Shown: in pieces, positions 30,731-40,020 of the stretch
Layout: each line of letters begins with the position of its first letter
Numbering within the stretch: the first letter of the stretch is position 1
Source of the DNA: Thermoplasmatota archaeon
GTDB taxonomy: Archaea; Thermoplasmatota; Thermoplasmata; UBA10834
Reading direction: 5' to 3'
DNA: 64,000 bases
Assembly (NCBI GenBank): GCA_040751795.1
Contig: JBFMHR010000001.1
Location: 337,357-401,356, forward strand
Position numbers and translations under genes: made by a program
Notes under the pieces: generated by a model
Database searches by the model: none
What the model was told of the DNA's origin: nothing
What the model saw: only the letters and a program-made list of their open reading frames with translations

Positions 30731-32071
30731 GTGCCTGTCGAGGCACACGTAGTCCCCGTGCTGGGCCGACAGCGGGCACCCGCCCCCGCAGAGCTGCAGC
30801 ATCTCGCACTTCCCGCACCTCTCGTCGACGTACTCCCTCCTCCTGATCCGCTCGCAGAGGGGGTGGGACCAGATCTTTTTCCAGTCGTCCCTCAGGACGT
30901 TGCCCAGGGGCTCGTAGTAGCTCTGGCACGGGATGACCGTCCCGTCAGGCTCGACGGCCATGTTGATGGAGCACGCGGTGCACTGCTTGATGCCCAGGCC
31001 CATGTTGACGGGGTTGAGCTCGCAGTAGGGCGTCGGCGAGTACCAGATGAGCCTCGTCCCTGTCTCGGATGCGACGTCCTTCAGGTCCTCGAGGAGGTCG
31101 GCCAGCTCCTGGAAGGTGACGCCCTCCGCCTCCGTCCCCTTGCCCGAGCGGATGACGCCGTTGAACGCGATGTTCTTCACGCCCAGCCCTGCGACGAACC
31201 TCATCGTATCGACGATCTGCGCGTGGTTGGACCTCATGATCGTCGTGTTGGTGCTGACGTACATGTCCTCGGCTACCGCGGCCTTCAGACCTTCCATGGT
31301 CTCCTTCCACGCCCCCTGCGCCCCGGCGAGCCGGTCGTGCGTGGCGGGGTCGTGCGAGAGCACGGTGACCTGGACGTGGTCCAGGCCCTTGGAAACGAGG
31401 GAACGGAGGTAGCCCGGCCTGCCCAGGGTCCTGCCGTTGGTGACGAGGCCCGTGACCTGCCCGTGGTGCTCCGAGCGCTCCACGAGCTCCTCGAGGCCTT
31501 CGTACAGGGTCGGCTCCCCGCCCGTGAACACGATGTGCGGCACCCCGACATCCCAGAGCCTGTCTATGATCGACTTCCACTCGGCGACGGAGAGCTCGGC
31601 CTTCTCCTTCGTCGCGTTGTAGCAGTGGCCGCACTCGTTCTGGCACCTGTATGTCAGTGCGAGGTCCATCCTGTAGGGGGAGGGCACGTTGTCCGCGCCC
31701 ACCGTCCGGGAGTCGGGGCCCATGACGTCCATGACCGTCTCCTCGCCGTGGACGAACCTCACGAGCCTCTCCCTCGTGGCTGCGAAGTCCTCCCTGGCCT
31801 CCGCCTTCTTCAGGTGCTTGTACCTGCGCCTCATGTACCTGTAGGCCGCGCCGGCGTCCTTGCCCTCCAGGATGCAGCGCACGTAGTCGAGGGCGGTGCC
31901 GTTCATGAACACGAGCTTCGACGCGTCGACCATCAGGACGCCCCTGCTCTCGGAGTCGACCCTGATGTGGAACCTGTGGTGCGCAAGGTCCCCGGACCCG
32001 TCGAACCTGTACGTCCCGGCCTGCAGCCCCAGATCCTCAGGGGACTGCGCCAGGAGCCTGATCCGCCTCAT
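30719..32071 (-). CDS. radical SAM enzyme with C-terminal SPASM domain and ~110-aa N-terminal extension
   Basis: CQNECGHCYN (CxxxCxxC) and a C-terminal Cys cluster (CTACS...CQSY...CGKCEMLQLCGGGCP). Start is ATG at 32071, overlapping the TGA of the upstream gene (ATGA). The ORF track extends it to 32113. Confidence 0.85.
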   Translation of the reverse strand: MRRIRLLAQSPEDLGLQAGTYRFDGSGDLAHHRFHIRVDSESRGVLMVDASKLVFMNGTALDYVRCILEGKDAGAAYRYMRRRYKHLKKAEAREDFAATRERLVRFVHGEETVMDVMGPDSRTVGADNVPSPYRMDLALTYRCQNECGHCYNATKEKAELSVAEWKSIIDRLWDVGVPHIVFTGGEPTLYEGLEELVERSEHHGQVTGLVTNGRTLGRPGYLRSLVSKGLDHVQVTVLSHDPATHDRLAGAQGAWKETMEGLKAAVAEDMYVSTNTTIMRSNHAQIVDTMRFVAGLGVKNIAFNGVIRSGKGTEAEGVTFQELADLLEDLKDVASETGTRLIWYSPTPYCELNPVNMGLGIKQCTACSINMAVEPDGTVIPCQSYYEPLGNVLRDDWKKIWSHPLCERIRRREYVDERCGKCEMLQLCGGGCPLSAQHGDYVCLDRHSSM

Positions 32072-33738
32072 CTGCCTCCCCCCGCGCAGGCGCACGCGCA
32101 GGCGCATGCGCACGCACAGCCGCCCCCTCCTCCGCCGAAGCCCCCCCTGCCCTTGAGGTAGGAGCCGCCGAGGGCTGAGGACCCGACTGGTATCGGGTTG
32201 GTGCTGCCGGTGACCTCGTTGGCGAGGCCTTTGAAGTTGGTGACGACGTTGTTGCTGGCGTTACGGACGCTCGACGCGTAGCTCGAAGCGAGGCTCTGTG
32301 GCGAAGCGGTGCCCGAGGACGCGGCCCTCCCGAGCGCGTAGTACCTCACCGGCACGTGGACGTATGGGAGCCCCGCGAAGTGGTCCTGCATGCGCCTGTC
32401 GTAGCGCCTGTCCAGCATCATCCACTCGTGCCTGTCCGACAGGGACGAGGCGAACTCCTCCGGGGTGCCCGCCTCCTTCACCTGGCGCCACGCGGCCCTG
32501 CAGATCTCCTCGTAGTAGGTCTTGGTGTGGTCGAAGTCGAAGCCCTCGAGCTTCTTCTCGGTGGCCTTGACGAGCGCGACGAGCGCGTCCCTCAGCTCGT
32601 CGCGGTCCACCCTGCCGTCGAGGTGCACGGCCTGGAGGTACGCGTTCTCGTAGGCGTGCTCCCCCTTCGCAGTGAGCTTGGTGATCGTCATTGGCTTCGC
32701 CTCCGAGTCGATCCTGACCATCCCCTTCTTGGCGAGCCCGAAGAGGATCATGGTGGCGACCATCTCGAGCGGCCTCTCGAGCACCACGGCGGCCTCCACC
32801 GCGGTGAGGTCCCGCCTCGGTCCGGCGCCGACGGTGCCCAGGGAGGGCTTGAAGTAGTCCTTCCTCCTCGCCGCCTTCGACGCCCTGTCTATGACGATCC
32901 CGAGGGTGAATATCCCGCCCATGACCACCACGGGGGCGCAGAGGCAGAGGAGGTCCGCGAACGACATGAGGAGGTCCGAGACCCTGTCCCAGACGGTGAA
33001 CTCCACGTATGAATCGACGTACTCGGAGGGGAACGCCGCCCCGAAGTCGTAGGTCCCCGAGGCCACGTCGGTCGGGTCCACGCCCAGCGCGCTCCACGTC
33101 GCGACCAGGTACCCGAGGTCCACGCCTATGCTGTCCCAGGGCTGCCCCTCGAGGTACAGCGCCTCGGAGGCGTCCGTGAACCCCTCCGGGAAGAACACGC
33201 GGACGGTGAGGTTCCCCACGAAGCCCGTCTGGAAGGAGGGCTCGAACCAGGTCGGCCTCATCGCGATGCCCACGGTGCCATCGGCCAGCTCGTTCTCGTA
33301 GACCATGTGCGGGTTGTTGATGTGGAAGTCGAGGGTGAACGTCGCCCCGCCCGTCTCGCTCACGAGGTCCATGACCTGGGACGTGAACTCCACCGCGACG
33401 CCGACGTCGATGTACGGCGACGCGCGGATCTGCGATGGGGCGTACTCAGTCCCCCCTATCGTGATGACCGCCTCCGCGGTGTCGAGGTCGTACCTGTCGT
33501 TGGGGAGGCCTATGTCCACGCCGTCGAGGTAGCCGTAGTTGGTGAAGAGGAACGAGTAGTCTATGTCTATGCTGCCGTCCTTCAGTATGTGTACGTCCAG
33601 GAACTCGTGCTGCACGAGGAAGCTGTACTCCTGGGCCGATGCGGACGCGGCCTGGATGCCGCTGGACCACGCGGAGGCCGCCATCAGGAGGAGGGCCGCG
33701 GAGGCCACGGAAGCGATCAGCGAGCGACGCCTGTTCAA
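32068..33738 (-). CDS. membrane protein with C-terminal Gly-rich (Cys-Ala)x6 tail; candidate rSAM substrate
   Basis: 556 aa: signal peptide, a ~250-aa exported domain, TM helix LLCLCAPVVVMGGIFTLGIVI, and a ~280-aa cytoplasmic domain ending GRGGFGGGGGGCACACACACACAGGGR. Protein-like composition throughout. Confidence 0.65.
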   Translation of the reverse strand: MNRRRSLIASVASAALLLMAASAWSSGIQAASASAQEYSFLVQHEFLDVHILKDGSIDIDYSFLFTNYGYLDGVDIGLPNDRYDLDTAEAVITIGGTEYAPSQIRASPYIDVGVAVEFTSQVMDLVSETGGATFTLDFHINNPHMVYENELADGTVGIAMRPTWFEPSFQTGFVGNLTVRVFFPEGFTDASEALYLEGQPWDSIGVDLGYLVATWSALGVDPTDVASGTYDFGAAFPSEYVDSYVEFTVWDRVSDLLMSFADLLCLCAPVVVMGGIFTLGIVIDRASKAARRKDYFKPSLGTVGAGPRRDLTAVEAAVVLERPLEMVATMILFGLAKKGMVRIDSEAKPMTITKLTAKGEHAYENAYLQAVHLDGRVDRDELRDALVALVKATEKKLEGFDFDHTKTYYEEICRAAWRQVKEAGTPEEFASSLSDRHEWMMLDRRYDRRMQDHFAGLPYVHVPVRYYALGRAASSGTASPQSLASSYASSVRNASNNVVTNFKGLANEVTGSTNPIPVGSSALGGSYLKGRGGFGGGGGGCACACACACACAGGGR

Positions 33739-33745
33739 GGATGGA

Positions 33746-34141
33746 TCACCACTTCGGGGCTTCCTGGAGGGCGAAGACGACGCCGCAGTACGGGCACTTG
33801 GCCATCAGGCCGCCCTGGACCGCGGTGACGTCCTTGTCGGCTATGGGGGCGCCGCACGACCTGCACACCATGTCCTTGGGGACCATGGTGCCCGAGCCCG
33901 ACATGGAGACGTTGAAGGTCTGCGAGATGAGCTTCGGTTTGGCCGCCTCGATCTTCTCGACCCTGTAGACGTAGTACATCAGCCCGGCGCCGATGAGGAC
34001 CATCGCGAGGCCCGCGACGGCGTTCTCGACGCTCCACGCGATTATGAATATCGCGCCCAGCAGGATGAGGCATATCCCCGCGAATGTGACTAAGGCCCCC
34101 ACTACCTTGTTCATGGCCGTCCCGACGGGGATGATTCCCAT
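33746..34141 (-). CDS. membrane protein with C-terminal zinc ribbon
   Basis: Two TM helices, then CRSCGAPI...CPYCG. Confidence 0.55.
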   Translation of the reverse strand: MGIIPVGTAMNKVVGALVTFAGICLILLGAIFIIAWSVENAVAGLAMVLIGAGLMYYVYRVEKIEAAKPKLISQTFNVSMSGSGTMVPKDMVCRSCGAPIADKDVTAVQGGLMAKCPYCGVVFALQEAPKW

Positions 34142-34197
34142 CGGGCATCATATAACCTTGTCGGGAGAAGCCCCGCCCGGGGCCTCCCCCGAGGCCC

Positions 34198-34716
34198 TCA
34201 CCTCGGGGCTTCCTGGGCTGACCTGAACTGGTCCGACGACTTGGCGATCAGTATGAGCCCGGGTATCCCGAAGAAGAACGCCAGCCCGAATATCGAGCAA
34301 GCGGCACCGAGGACCGCGAGCGGGAACGCCCTCTTCGCAAGCGCCATGAGGCCGCCCATTATGCCGAGGGCGGCGCAGGAGTAGAGCACGACCACCAGGG
34401 CCAGGGCCTCACCCTCGAGGTCCCCGCCGGCCGAGACCATGATGGACGTCAGGACTATGGAGAACACGCTCGCGACGATTGTGAGCACCCCGCCGACGAC
34501 CAGCTGGTCCTTCGACTGCTCCTTCGGCCTCGCCCTGAAGTCGTGGCCGCAGTACTGGCACACGTTCACGTCCCAAGAGATGACCCTGCCGCAGGAGACG
34601 CAGTGCCTCATCCTCGACTCGCCCGGCGTGACCGCCGGCGCCTCGGCCGGCCTGCCGCACATGTTGCAGAACCTCATCCCGGCGGGGTTGTCCGCCCCGC
34701 ACTGAGCGCACTTCAT
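34198..34716 (-). CDS. double zinc-ribbon membrane protein
   Basis: MKCAQCGADNPAGMRFCNMCG plus CVSCGRVISWDVNVCQYCGHDF, then 3-4 TM helices. True start is at 34716; the ORF track extends it to 35721. Confidence 0.6.
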   Translation of the reverse strand: MKCAQCGADNPAGMRFCNMCGRPAEAPAVTPGESRMRHCVSCGRVISWDVNVCQYCGHDFRARPKEQSKDQLVVGGVLTIVASVFSIVLTSIMVSAGGDLEGEALALVVVLYSCAALGIMGGLMALAKRAFPLAVLGAACSIFGLAFFFGIPGLILIAKSSDQFRSAQEAPR

Positions 34717-34769
34717 GTCCCTTCCTCCTGACCCGAATCGGGCCCGGGGGCCTTCAAGCCTTCGGCCGT

Positions 34770-36113
34770 TCAGCCGAGCTGCTTGCCCACGGCCTCGTCC
34801 AGGGCCGCCAGGAACTCCGCCTGCTTCTCCGCTGGGATGGTTGCGCCCGAGGCCACGGAATGGCCGCCGCCTATCCCCCCGACCCTCTCCGCGGACCTCT
34901 TGAGCGCGGAGGAGAGGTCCAGCCCCTTGGACACGAGGTACTTCGTCCCCCTGCTCGAGACCTTCACCTTCGCCCCCGCCTTCGAGAGGGCGATCGTGGG
35001 CTTGTTCTGGTCCAGTATGTACTGCATCGCGAGGCCGCACTGCGCCCCTGCCAGGGACGGGTCCGGCGCCTCGAAGTACTGGATGTGCTCCATCTGCTCG
35101 GCCCCGTCCTCCTCTATCGCCATGAGCCTCGCGAGTATCTTGGAGCCGTACTCCCTCCTCAGGCCGTTGGCCTCCTTCAGGGCCTCCCTGTCGCCGAGGC
35201 TCAGGGCGACCCCGAGGCCCTCGTGGTCCATCCTGCCGCAGGCGTTGAGGAGGTCCGCTAGGTCCGAGGCGCTGAGCTCCATCGAGGGTATCCACAGGAC
35301 GTCCGAGACCAGCTCCTCGACCGTCTCGGGCCTGCACCCCTGGCCCATCAGGCGCAGGGAGAGCATCGACGTGAGCTTCCTCCTGTAGACCTCGTCCAGC
35401 GAGCCCATGGGCGACTTCGGGTTGATCTTGACAGAGTCGAGGAACGCGACGACGTTCTCCTCCCTCCCCGACAGCCCGACGAAGTACGGGTCGACCGAGT
35501 TGGACAGGGTGTCGAGGACCGTGGTCCCCGTGAGGTTGAGGCCCCTCTGGACGGTGATGTGCTTCCTCTCGACGGCCTGCTCCAGGATCTGCTGGTTCAG
35601 GCCCTTCATCCCGCCCATGTGCTGCCTGTCGCCCACCACGCCCGCGAGGGCTATGGGCGAGAGGTCCCAGTTGGCCTGGTCCATGACCACCGACAGCAGG
35701 AGGCTCAGCGACGCCCCGCACGCCTCCGTCATGCCGTCCACGCCGTGGAAGTGCGGGTTGACCTGCAGTACCTTCCTCGACTTCCTTATGGGCTTGTGGT
35801 GGTCCAGCGCGACGACCTTCGCGTCCAGGGACTCCAGCCCGTCTATCTGGCCCGAGCCCATGTCCAGGAAGAGCACGTTCCCGTTCCCCTCCTTGGCTAT
35901 GCGCTCGACCGCCTCCGGCTCCAGCCCCCTGACCATGGATATGTGGAACTGCTTGCCCATGCGCCTCAGCGCGCCGGCCATGACCGAGGCCGCGGCGAGC
36001 CCGTCGGCGTCGTAGTGCGATATGACCCTGACGTTGTCCGCCTTGTCGATGGCCTTGGCCGCGTGCTTGACCGCGTCCGAGAAATCAGCCGGGAGTGCTA
36101 TGCTCCCGTTCAT
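34770..36113 (-). CDS. DHH-family phosphoesterase (archaeal RecJ-like)
   Basis: DHH motifs (HYDADG, LDHHKP) and a DHHA1-like C-terminal region (GGGHSVASG). Confidence 0.8.
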   Translation of the reverse strand: MNGSIALPADFSDAVKHAAKAIDKADNVRVISHYDADGLAAASVMAGALRRMGKQFHISMVRGLEPEAVERIAKEGNGNVLFLDMGSGQIDGLESLDAKVVALDHHKPIRKSRKVLQVNPHFHGVDGMTEACGASLSLLLSVVMDQANWDLSPIALAGVVGDRQHMGGMKGLNQQILEQAVERKHITVQRGLNLTGTTVLDTLSNSVDPYFVGLSGREENVVAFLDSVKINPKSPMGSLDEVYRRKLTSMLSLRLMGQGCRPETVEELVSDVLWIPSMELSASDLADLLNACGRMDHEGLGVALSLGDREALKEANGLRREYGSKILARLMAIEEDGAEQMEHIQYFEAPDPSLAGAQCGLAMQYILDQNKPTIALSKAGAKVKVSSRGTKYLVSKGLDLSSALKRSAERVGGIGGGHSVASGATIPAEKQAEFLAALDEAVGKQLG

Positions 36114-36120
36114 CTCGGCC

Positions 36121-36576
36121 TCACTCGACCTCGAGCGCCGCGCTCGCCATGGAGTAGTTCCAGGTCTGGGGGATCAGGCCCTCCCTCTTGTAGTACTTGG
36201 TGAGCCTGCGGATCTTCGACTCCACCAGGTGCAGCCCGCGCGCGTTGTGGAGGTCCTTCGGGTTGGCGGTGACGTGCTTGTTGATCTCGACCGCCCTCTT
36301 CATGAGGTTGGACAGGTCGTCGGGGAGCTCGGGCTTGATGCCCTTCTCCTCGAGGATCTCCTTCATGCTCATGCCCGTCGCGAGCCTGACGTTCGGCACC
36401 GCGTGCTGGTCCCTGAGGATGAGGCCTATCATGGCCATGTTCTTGCCCTCGCCCGCCAGCTTGGCCGCGAGCTCCTTGACCTCCTCCGCGGACTGGGTGA
36501 CCCACTCGGGGTTCTTGTCCACCAGGGGGCGCTTTGAGCCCGACGAGCCCTTCCTGCTCGAATGCATCCTTGACAT
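36121..36576 (-). CDS. rps15: 30S ribosomal protein S15 (S13e)
   Basis: Archaeal S15 N-terminal extension plus the conserved S15 helical core. Confidence 0.9.
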   Translation of the reverse strand: MSRMHSSRKGSSGSKRPLVDKNPEWVTQSAEEVKELAAKLAGEGKNMAMIGLILRDQHAVPNVRLATGMSMKEILEEKGIKPELPDDLSNLMKRAVEINKHVTANPKDLHNARGLHLVESKIRRLTKYYKREGLIPQTWNYSMASAALEVE

Positions 36577-36591
36577 CGTACTCTGTCTCCG

Positions 36592-37005
36592 TTAGGGGTT
36601 TGACCTGTGGCGAGGCAGGCCGACTATATTCTTCCCTCTTTTAAAGCTTTCGACCGCATGCTTCGCCTGGACGAGCATCTCCCTGTACTCCACAAGGGGG
36701 AAGGAGAGCTCCTGCGGGAGCTCCGTGAACAGCCGGACCTCCGAGATCTCGGCCGAGGGGGAGGGGCTGCAGCAGCGGGAGTGCACCAGACCCACTATGA
36801 CCTTGCCGCCCTCCACCTCCAGCGAACCTACGGGCTCCAGGGCCATGCCCGTCTCCTCCGAGAACTCCCTCACGGCGGCCTGCTCGTGGGTCTCCCCCGG
36901 CTCGAGCCTACCGCCGGGCATCTCCCACGCGCGGGCGCGGTGACGGACCATGACGAACGAGTCGCCCTCGAAGGCGATGGCGTACGCGAACTGCTCCGCG
37001 CTCAT
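36592..37005 (-). CDS. NUDIX hydrolase
   Basis: Nudix box GGRLEPGETHEQAAVREFSEETG. Confidence 0.85.
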   Translation of the reverse strand: MSAEQFAYAIAFEGDSFVMVRHRARAWEMPGGRLEPGETHEQAAVREFSEETGMALEPVGSLEVEGGKVIVGLVHSRCCSPSPSAEISEVRLFTELPQELSFPLVEYREMLVQAKHAVESFKRGKNIVGLPRHRSNP

Positions 37006-37673
37006 GGGCCCACCACGAAGGCGGCGTGGTCCTTCGCGTACTGCGATATGTCGACGGCCTCCCTGACCCTGAGCCCCTTGGAGGCCAGCTCCCGCCTCGT
37101 CTCGGCGTAGACGTCCCCGGGCTCCCTGTTGACGTCGACGCTCCGCGACTTGAGCATGAGGATGCCCCTCTCCACATCGAAGTGGCGCATGTTCCGGACG
37201 AACATCTCCGCCTGGTCCCTCTGGGCGATGTCCTGGTAGACGAGGTCCACGCCCTCGACCATGTGGGAGTAGTCCTCGGGCCGCGACGCGTCGGCCATGA
37301 TCGGGATCATGTTCCTCCTCGACTCGCAGACGCCCACGAGGTCCCTGAAGGACCTCTGGGACACCTCTACGCAGTACACCATGCCCGACGAGGCTATGTC
37401 GGAGACGTGGGACGCGGTGGTGCCTGAGGCCGCCCCGAGGTACAGGACCCTGCTCGACCTGTCGAGGCCGAGGTCCCTGCCCCCCAGGAGGATGAGGGCC
37501 GCGAGCTTCGACCGCATCGGATCCCAGGAGCGGTACTGCGTCCCCGCGAACTCGACCAGGCGCTCACCGTAGACGTTCACGCCGAGGGCGGCGTTCACGG
37601 TCATGAGGGTGCGCCCGGTCGTGTAGACGTTGGGCGAACCATCGACCTCCCTGAACGGGTTCACGGGCGCCAT
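37002..37673 (-). CDS. flpA: fibrillarin-like rRNA/tRNA 2'-O-methyltransferase
   Basis: Full-length fibrillarin similarity (VLYLGAASGTTASHVSD SAM motif). No Nop5 gene is adjacent. Confidence 0.9.
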   Translation of the reverse strand: MAPVNPFREVDGSPNVYTTGRTLMTVNAALGVNVYGERLVEFAGTQYRSWDPMRSKLAALILLGGRDLGLDRSSRVLYLGAASGTTASHVSDIASSGMVYCVEVSQRSFRDLVGVCESRRNMIPIMADASRPEDYSHMVEGVDLVYQDIAQRDQAEMFVRNMRHFDVERGILMLKSRSVDVNREPGDVYAETRRELASKGLRVREAVDISQYAKDHAAFVVGP

Positions 37674-37735
37674 GCGGCATGGCCTATGGGATACCTGATA
37701 AAAGAGTTATATGCCGCAACCCATACGAACGGCCG

Positions 37736-38227
37736 ATGCCGGAGGAGGACGTCAAGGAGCAGATAAAATCCCTGGCGGAGAAGATGGACGGCCTAGAGGA
37801 GTCCATGAGGATGGTCTCCGGGCCCTACTCGCAGCTCCTCGAGTACCTGGAGCGGTTCCAGAAGATATCGACGAGCTACTTCCGTCTCATAGACCTGTAC
37901 CAGAAGTACGGCGAGATCTCCCCCGACCTCCTGATGCCCGGCGTCAAGGACCACATCTCCAGGGAGATAGTCAAGATCCTCTTCGAGAGGGACGGGCAGA
38001 ACATAACGCAGATCACGGAGAAGCTCAAGGACAGGAGGGGCTCCGCGTCGAGGAGGATCGTGAGGGAGCGCCTCAAGGCGCTCAGGGAGAAGGGGGTCGT
38101 GACGGAGAAGGGGTCGGAGCGCTCGAGGGAGTACTGGCTAGCCGAGGGGTACGTGAGGAAGTGGTACGAGCTCCTGGGCATCGGCACCGGCGGCAAGGGA
38201 GGAGAGGGGCCCGAGGGGAAGTCCTGA
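37736..38227 (+). CDS. hypothetical winged-helix protein
   Basis: HTH-like ITQITEKLKDRRGSASRRIVRERLKALREKG. Start MPEEDVKEQ is ~25 nt downstream of gttatat. Confidence 0.5.
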   Translation: MPEEDVKEQIKSLAEKMDGLEESMRMVSGPYSQLLEYLERFQKISTSYFRLIDLYQKYGEISPDLLMPGVKDHISREIVKILFERDGQNITQITEKLKDRRGSASRRIVRERLKALREKGVVTEKGSERSREYWLAEGYVRKWYELLGIGTGGKGGEGPEGKS

Positions 38228-38280
38228 GCGCCCTCGTGATATATCCCTTTAGAGTGCACACAACCTCATTCGAATACTAG

Positions 38281-38290
38281 TTTATATATA
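38281..38290 (+). promoter_or_regulatory. TATA box (tttatatata) about 20 nt upstream of the Fic ATG, in an AT-rich patch
   Basis: Spacing is consistent with a leaderless archaeal transcript. Confidence 0.4.
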
Positions 38291-38307
38291 GAATATGCGT
38301 TTATGCA

Positions 38308-39210
38308 ATGATTGTGTCTGAACGCATACTCATGGCCCTCCGCGACGCGCTCATCACCAGGACCCCGCTTGAGGACCTGCCGGACGGGGTGTGGAGGAGG
38401 GCCGGCGCCCTCAACACCTGGGGCACGAACGCGATCGAGGGGAACACCCTCACATGGCGAGACGTCCAGGCGCTCCTCATCGAGGAGAGGAGCGTCGGCG
38501 GGAGGCCGCTGGGGGACGTCCTCGAGACGGTCCAGCACGAGAGGGCCTTCCGCGGGCTCCTGCGCAGGAAGGCCTCGCCCATCAGGCTGGAGACGGCCCT
38601 CGAGCTGCACGAGGAGGTCTTCAGGGGCGTCAAGGCCGACGCCGGCCAGTGGAGGCGCGTCAACGTCCGCATCACCGGCGTGAGGCACGTCCCGACCAGG
38701 ATGGAGAAGGTCGTCGGCGAGATGGAGGCCATGCTCAAGGAGTACGGGCGCAGGGACGTGGCGGGGGAGGACCCCCTCGCCCTCGGCGCCTGGTTCCATC
38801 ACGCGTTCGAATCGATACACCCCTTCAGCGACGGCAACGGCCGCGTGGGCAGGCTGCTCCTCAACCTCCACCTCCTGAGGCACAGCTGGCCCCCGGTGCA
38901 CTTCCTGCCCCAGGACAGGGAGAGGTACCTCGACGCGATGGGGGCGGGGCACGAGGGCGACCTCTCCGGCCTCGTGCTGCAGGTGGAGGAGCTCATGGGC
39001 CGCTCCCTGCTCGACCTGCTGGACCAGGTCGGGACACCCGAGGACGAGCTGAGGCCCCTGAAGAGGCTGGCTTCGAAGTCCGGCCACTCGGCGGAGTACC
39101 TCCGCCTCAGGGCGGGCCAGGGGAGGCTGCCGGCGCTGAAGAGGAACGGGGACTGGCACACGAGCGCCCGCGCCTTGGCGCTGTACCGGGAAGAGGTCGG
39201 GCGGGGCTGA
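38308..39210 (+). CDS. Fic/DOC family protein
   Basis: Canonical Fic motif HPFSDGNGRVGR. Confidence 0.85.
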   Translation: MIVSERILMALRDALITRTPLEDLPDGVWRRAGALNTWGTNAIEGNTLTWRDVQALLIEERSVGGRPLGDVLETVQHERAFRGLLRRKASPIRLETALELHEEVFRGVKADAGQWRRVNVRITGVRHVPTRMEKVVGEMEAMLKEYGRRDVAGEDPLALGAWFHHAFESIHPFSDGNGRVGRLLLNLHLLRHSWPPVHFLPQDRERYLDAMGAGHEGDLSGLVLQVEELMGRSLLDLLDQVGTPEDELRPLKRLASKSGHSAEYLRLRAGQGRLPALKRNGDWHTSARALALYREEVGRG

Positions 39211-39320
39211 GCCACGCCCCCGTGCGCGCCCGTCGGCCACTTTTTTCCACTTCCCTTAATAACGCGGACGGGGCTAGTGTGTGTCAGAAGGCCCGGGAAG
39301 GGCCGGGAACAGTGAGATGA

Positions 39321-39704
39321 ATGGGACACGACTACGATGACCCGGAGGAGCTGAAGCAGATACTGTCTGTCGTCTCGACCGAGATACCGAAGCTGATCGA
39401 GTCGATCACCAAGACGATGTACAACAAGGAGAACGCCGAGAACATGGCGAAGGCCGTCGCCGAGTTCTACAAGTCGATGAAGGACGTCGGCATGAACGAC
39501 TCCCAGGCGTTCGCCCTCACGAAGGAGTTCATGGCCAGCTTCAGCCTCGGCGGGATGCTGGGCAAGGCGTTCCAGGGCGCGGGCTCGCTGAGGGGCGACA
39601 GGGACGAGATAGACGACATGGTCGAGGAGAGCATCAGGGAGAAGATCCGCGAGAAGGCGAGGGAGAGGAAGGAGAAGTCGCATGAGCACGACGACGATGA
39701 CTGA
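39321..39704 (+). CDS. hypothetical acidic protein
   Basis: 127 aa with a charged C-terminus. Confidence 0.4.
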   Translation: MGHDYDDPEELKQILSVVSTEIPKLIESITKTMYNKENAENMAKAVAEFYKSMKDVGMNDSQAFALTKEFMASFSLGGMLGKAFQGAGSLRGDRDEIDDMVEESIREKIREKARERKEKSHEHDDDD

Positions 39705-39975
39705 TGCCAGGGACAGCAAGGAGAGGTCCGACATCCCCAGGATCGTCGCGATGGGCATCGCCTACGGCACCAGCGTCGGCCTCAGGGTCGGCTTCGACTA
39801 CCTCAGGCTCAAGCGGAAGGCCAGGAAGGCCTCCGCGACGTTCGTCAGGGAGCTGGAGCGCGGGGGCGTCCCCCCGGAGCTCGCCAGGGAGCTGGGGGAG
39901 GAGTACGGCTCCGAGGTCCGCGTCCGCAGCATAATGGACATGGTCGGGGGCGGGTTCTCCAAGTGGCTCCCGTAG
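39682..39975 (+). CDS. hypothetical protein
   Basis: 97 aa. Overlaps the previous gene. Confidence 0.4.
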   Translation: MSTTTMTDARDSKERSDIPRIVAMGIAYGTSVGLRVGFDYLRLKRKARKASATFVRELERGGVPPELARELGEEYGSEVRVRSIMDMVGGGFSKWLP

Positions 39976-40020
39976 CGATAGCCTCGCCGGGCAATTAATA
40001 TAGCCATCACGCCCGATACG

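Noticed and set aside
32077-32112. GC-rich (GCG/TGC)n microsatellite-like tract considered as a DNA-level simple repeat or assembly artefact
   Set aside because: It sits in-frame at the end of a protein-like 556-aa ORF and encodes (Cys-Ala)6 between Gly runs, immediately before a coupled rSAM start. It was kept as a coding feature.
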